From a virus (taxonomy: Duplodnaviria > Caudoviricetes), in IMG/VR virus record IMGVR_UViG_3300011432_000003, positions 1 to 56,805 of that record: a DNA stretch of 56,805 bases. The stretch is one strand, 5' to 3'. The position numbers and the translations under genes were made by a program. Below, one piece after another: positions 53,539-56,805 of the stretch. A model generated the notes under the pieces. That model was not told the origin of the DNA and made no database searches. It saw only the letters and a list, made by a program, of their open reading frames with translations. Position 1 is the first letter of the stretch; every line of letters starts with the position of its first letter.

Positions 53539-55349
53539 CGTCGCCGCGACTCCCGCCGCCGCTCGATTATTACAACCGGCCGCCGAAAGAGCTCGCCGGG
53601 TATCAGAATTCGACCGTCGACGATGGCGACGAGACGCCGGCGCCGACGCGCTCGATCGTCGCCGGCGAAGCTATTTCCCTGCTCGCCGGCTTCGGGCCGG
53701 TGACACTGTATCAGCAAGGCGCCGCGCTCGATCCGTACACGCTGGCGTTCAAGCGGACGAAGTACAACGCAGCGGCGTACAACTACGTCCGCCTCACGGT
53801 CGACGTCCTCGAGGCCGGCGCCTCGAGCTCGAGGATGCAAGTCTTCTATTCCCTGACGGGCGCACCGGGAACCTTCGTAAGCGCCGGGCTCACCGGGCCG
53901 GCGCAGGTATCGATCGGCACCGTCGGGATTCAAGTCGGCGGCGGATTCTTTGTCGCGGCCGCCGGCGCGGACGTGTATTGGGCCGTGCAGGCGTACGGCG
54001 GCGACGGATCCGCCTCGCCGCGGCTCGATCTCGTGACGCTGCAATTCGAATTGCAGCAGAACGTCACGCTCCCGCCGGAGACGTTGTACGTCCGGCACGC
54101 GGCGCCGTCGGCGCACTCGTGCCTCGCGAAGTATGACGGCGGATGGATCGACCGCTTCGGCGTGAATAGCCTCGAGACGCTCGGCGTCGTGCGCGAGGAT
54201 CTGCAATACGCCAATGTCCTGCAGCAATTCGTCCTCACGAGTGATCCGGCGTCGGCGGGATGGACGCCGGGCGTCGGCGGGAGCGGGCTCGGGGGATGGA
54301 CTGGAATCACGGACGACGAATCAAACGGCGCGATCGCACGCGCCGGGATCATCCTCTTGAATTGCTTCAACGCCTCGCAGGGGTTTAGCCGGTCCTTCAC
54401 GCTCCCGGCGGCGACGGATCCGTGCGGCGTCGGCGCAGAGGTCCGGATGAAGTTCCGCAAGCAAGGCGGGACGTGGACCGTCGTCGGCTTTCCGGGGCAG
54501 TGCTCGGGCACGTGGGGGCCGACGCAATGCGGCCCGTCGGATCTTTGCGCCTGCCCGGTATGGGCGATGATTACGATCTCGGGATCCTTCGGCACGCGGT
54601 GTATGTCGGCGAGGGTCGCAGAGTACGGAATGGGATGGGACGGCTCGGCGCCTTGGGCGACGATGCGCTTCCGGCTGCCGGCCGGCGCGAGCGGATCGGT
54701 GACGATCGGTTTCGAGCTCGGCAGCGATTGCTCCGGCGCGAGCTGCTACGGCGTCGGGTACGGCTCATGGACGGCCGCGCTCTCGGCGATTGTTATCACG
54801 GATCCGGCGCCGCCGATGCTCATCTTCTCGTCGACGAAGGGCTCGAGCGCACGGATCGCGAAGCCGGAGACGGATTACGATTCGAAGCGCGCGAGCGGTG
54901 GCTTCGCTCGAGTGTACGGGGCGCCGCTGGCCGCGCAGACGGTGCCGGCGTGGACGTATCAGCTCCGGATCGCGGCCGCGATGGCTGCGTCGACGCGGTA
55001 CGCCGAAGGGCACGTGACCGGGCGCTTATGGGTCTGGCGCTCGACGGGCGATGTTGACGTCGGGACGATCGGCACGTTTGTGTCCGCGGCGATCGCCGGG
55101 ACGTCGCTCGTCGAGCAAGATATTTCTTTCGCCGGCGCCTCGATCGACGTGCAGGCCGGCGATCAGCTCGTGCTCGATCTCGCGGGATCCGCGGACGCAC
55201 CGGCGGGGCAAAAGCTCGAGAGCTCGGCGCCTTGGTTCCAATTCGACGGGACCGATGACGCTTTCTCTACGGGCTCGGCGCCGGCCGTCGGCGGCGCCGC
55301 GACGCACCTTACCGTACCGGGCCTGCAGTACACGGGAGCGGCACCGTGA
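53535..55349 (+). CDS. Tail/receptor-binding structural protein
   Basis: 604 aa; Gly/Ser/Thr/Trp-rich beta protein with a Cys-rich centre; ATGA overlap. Confidence 0.65.
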   Translation: MTSPRLPPPLDYYNRPPKELAGYQNSTVDDGDETPAPTRSIVAGEAISLLAGFGPVTLYQQGAALDPYTLAFKRTKYNAAAYNYVRLTVDVLEAGASSSRMQVFYSLTGAPGTFVSAGLTGPAQVSIGTVGIQVGGGFFVAAAGADVYWAVQAYGGDGSASPRLDLVTLQFELQQNVTLPPETLYVRHAAPSAHSCLAKYDGGWIDRFGVNSLETLGVVREDLQYANVLQQFVLTSDPASAGWTPGVGGSGLGGWTGITDDESNGAIARAGIILLNCFNASQGFSRSFTLPAATDPCGVGAEVRMKFRKQGGTWTVVGFPGQCSGTWGPTQCGPSDLCACPVWAMITISGSFGTRCMSARVAEYGMGWDGSAPWATMRFRLPAGASGSVTIGFELGSDCSGASCYGVGYGSWTAALSAIVITDPAPPMLIFSSTKGSSARIAKPETDYDSKRASGGFARVYGAPLAAQTVPAWTYQLRIAAAMAASTRYAEGHVTGRLWVWRSTGDVDVGTIGTFVSAAIAGTSLVEQDISFAGASIDVQAGDQLVLDLAGSADAPAGQKLESSAPWFQFDGTDDAFSTGSAPAVGGAATHLTVPGLQYTGAAP

Positions 55350-55615
55350 CGCCGCCGATCACGATCCGGAGCAAGGTTGCATACGTCCGGGACGATTCCG
55401 TTCCCGGTACGGCGCAGCAGCTCGAGATCGATATTCGCCTTATCGGTGTCCGGATCCCGGCCGATTGGGCATCGAAGCAGTACGTCCCGCTCGTCATTCC
55501 CGATCCGGACGATCCGACGAAGCCGGTCCTCGAGTTTGTCGATCTCGCCTCTTTGATCGCGCTCGGCGGCACCGGATGGGGTTACTATGGGACTTATATC
55601 ATGGGGACTCTCTAA
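55346..55615 (+). CDS. Small tail-associated protein
   Basis: GTGA overlap; GGGAG RBS. Confidence 0.6.
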   Translation: MTPPITIRSKVAYVRDDSVPGTAQQLEIDIRLIGVRIPADWASKQYVPLVIPDPDDPTKPVLEFVDLASLIALGGTGWGYYGTYIMGTL

Positions 55616-55618
55616 AAA

Positions 55619-56805
55619 ATGCCGCCGATTCAGCTTCCGATTAACGGGATATACGCCGACGCGACGCTCGGCGAGAATGTCGCGGCGGAAGCGAGCGCGC
55701 AGGCGCGCACGCTCGACGCGTCCCTAAGTCCGCACTGGCGGATCGATCTCTCGGGATGGCCGGCCAGCGCGGCGACGTGGCCGACGCTCAACGTCTCCGG
55801 CTTCGGCGGCCCGATCGTCGACGAGAACGGCGTCACGACGCCGGGCTCGGACTGGGGGCCGATCGCACTCACGGACGACGACACGAATTATCTCGAGCGT
55901 ACGCACGCCGGCGTCGTGAGCGTCGACGTCGGCGGCTTCACGCCGGACGCGCTCGCGATGTACGAGATAACAACCGTCGGCGGCGAGATCACGGCGATCG
56001 TCGATCGACGCGTGCAGGCGGCCGCGGCGAACCTCGCGGCCGCGATCCTCGCCTTGCGCGCACTCACGCCGGCGGCGGATAAACTCGCGTATTACACGAG
56101 CTCGAGCGCGGCCGCCTTAACGGATCTCTCGGCCTTCGCGCGGACGCTGCTCGACGACGCCGACGCCGCCGCGATGCGGACGACGCTCGGGATTCAGGCG
56201 CTACTCGATGCCGCGATCGCCGGGCTCGATCAGAAGGCGAGCGTCCGTGTCGCGACGACGGCGCCGATCGCGATCGCGACGGATCTCGAGAACGGCGATA
56301 CGATCGACGGCGTGACACTCGTCACCGGCGATCGCGTGCTCGTCAAAGATCAGGCGTCCGCGCTCGAGAACGGGATATACGTCGTCCCGGTGAGCGGCGC
56401 CGCCTCGAGGTCGACGGACGCCGACGCATGGACGGAGCTCGTCGCCGCCTTCGTGGTCGTCGAGATCGGGACGGCGAATGCGGATACGTTCTGGCTCTCG
56501 ACGGTGAATGCCGGCGGGACGCTCGGCGTGACGGCCGTCAATTGGGCGCAGTTCGGCGGCGGGACCGTGCTCTCGACCGGGATCACCGACTCGACGACGG
56601 CCGGCCGGGATATGCTCACGGCCGCCGACGCCGACGCGCAGCGCGCGCTCTTGAACGTCGAGCACTATACGATCCCGATCGTGATCGGCGACGGCGTCAA
56701 CGACATTACGGCCGGCTTTTGGGTCGATCTGCCGCCGTGTGACATACCGGGGACGATCGTTTACGCCTCGATGCTGGCGAACGAAGACGGCGATCTCGAG
56801 GTCGA
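55619..56805 (+). CDS. Tail fibre protein (472 aa when joined through the terminal overlap to 355); missing from the ORF track
   Basis: ATG 55619; fibre motifs AADKLAYYT...LTDLSAFARTLLDDADAAAMRTTLG and KASVRVATTA...TIDGVTL..GDRVLVKDQ...ENGIYV. Confidence 0.85.
   Translation, partial: MPPIQLPINGIYADATLGENVAAEASAQARTLDASLSPHWRIDLSGWPASAATWPTLNVSGFGGPIVDENGVTTPGSDWGPIALTDDDTNYLERTHAGVVSVDVGGFTPDALAMYEITTVGGEITAIVDRRVQAAAANLAAAILALRALTPAADKLAYYTSSSAAALTDLSAFARTLLDDADAAAMRTTLGIQALLDAAIAGLDQKASVRVATTAPIAIATDLENGDTIDGVTLVTGDRVLVKDQASALENGIYVVPVSGAASRSTDADAWTELVAAFVVVEIGTANADTFWLSTVNAGGTLGVTAVNWAQFGGGTVLSTGITDSTTAGRDMLTAADADAQRALLNVEHYTIPIVIGDGVNDITAGFWVDLPPCDIPGTIVYASMLANEDGDLEV
56683..56805. repeat. 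Terminal direct repeat, right copy
   Basis: Identical to 1-123. Confidence 0.95.

Noticed and set aside
57-56742. Many long Arg/Ala/Pro-rich overlapping ORFs in alternative frames and on the - strand (e.g. 4305-5567, 25728-27320, 42824-43936)
   Set aside because: Shadow ORFs caused by high GC; they overlap well-supported genes and lack RBSs or motifs.
1-56805. tRNA/tmRNA genes
   Set aside because: No cloverleaf with a T-loop GTTCRA was seen in the few intergenic gaps; tRNAscan-SE/ARAGORN were not run.

Overview
This window appears to be a complete, circularly assembled genome of a high-GC (about 70% by eye) tailed phage with siphovirus architecture. Bases 1-123 repeat 56683-56805 exactly, and a tail-fibre ORF reads through that join, giving 56,682 unique bp. 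The late genes are on the + strand. They run from terS/terL (34.9 kb) through portal, head, tail with a -1 frameshifted chaperone, tape measure and tail tip/fibres, then across the join into a lysis region (to about 8.6 kb). The early/middle region (8.8-32 kb, + strand) encodes a Mom-like DNA-modification enzyme, Gp157, a Bet recombinase, a HerA-like ATPase, HTH and LexA-domain regulators, a cold-shock protein, ASCH, RecU, two GT9 glycosyltransferases (one fused to a methyltransferase), a Nudix hydrolase and a third glycosyltransferase. A convergent block of small - strand genes lies at 32.1-34.5 kb. I could not recognise an integrase, DNA polymerase, primase, replication initiator, SSB, tRNA or CRISPR array. 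Two non-coding systems stand out. (1) Nine near-identical ~70-bp expression cassettes each head small unknown genes. Each has a palindrome over a sigma70-like -35, a 17-bp spacer, a TAGNNT -10, a CTCAC-rich leader, a GAGG RBS and an ATG; they occur in two oppositely oriented arrays. (2) A bacterial oriC-like element at 21.26-21.44 kb has DnaA boxes, a tandem box pair, six DnaA-trio-like triplets and an AT-rich tract, suggesting replication initiated by host DnaA. All protein calls come from motif recognition by eye; no searches were run.
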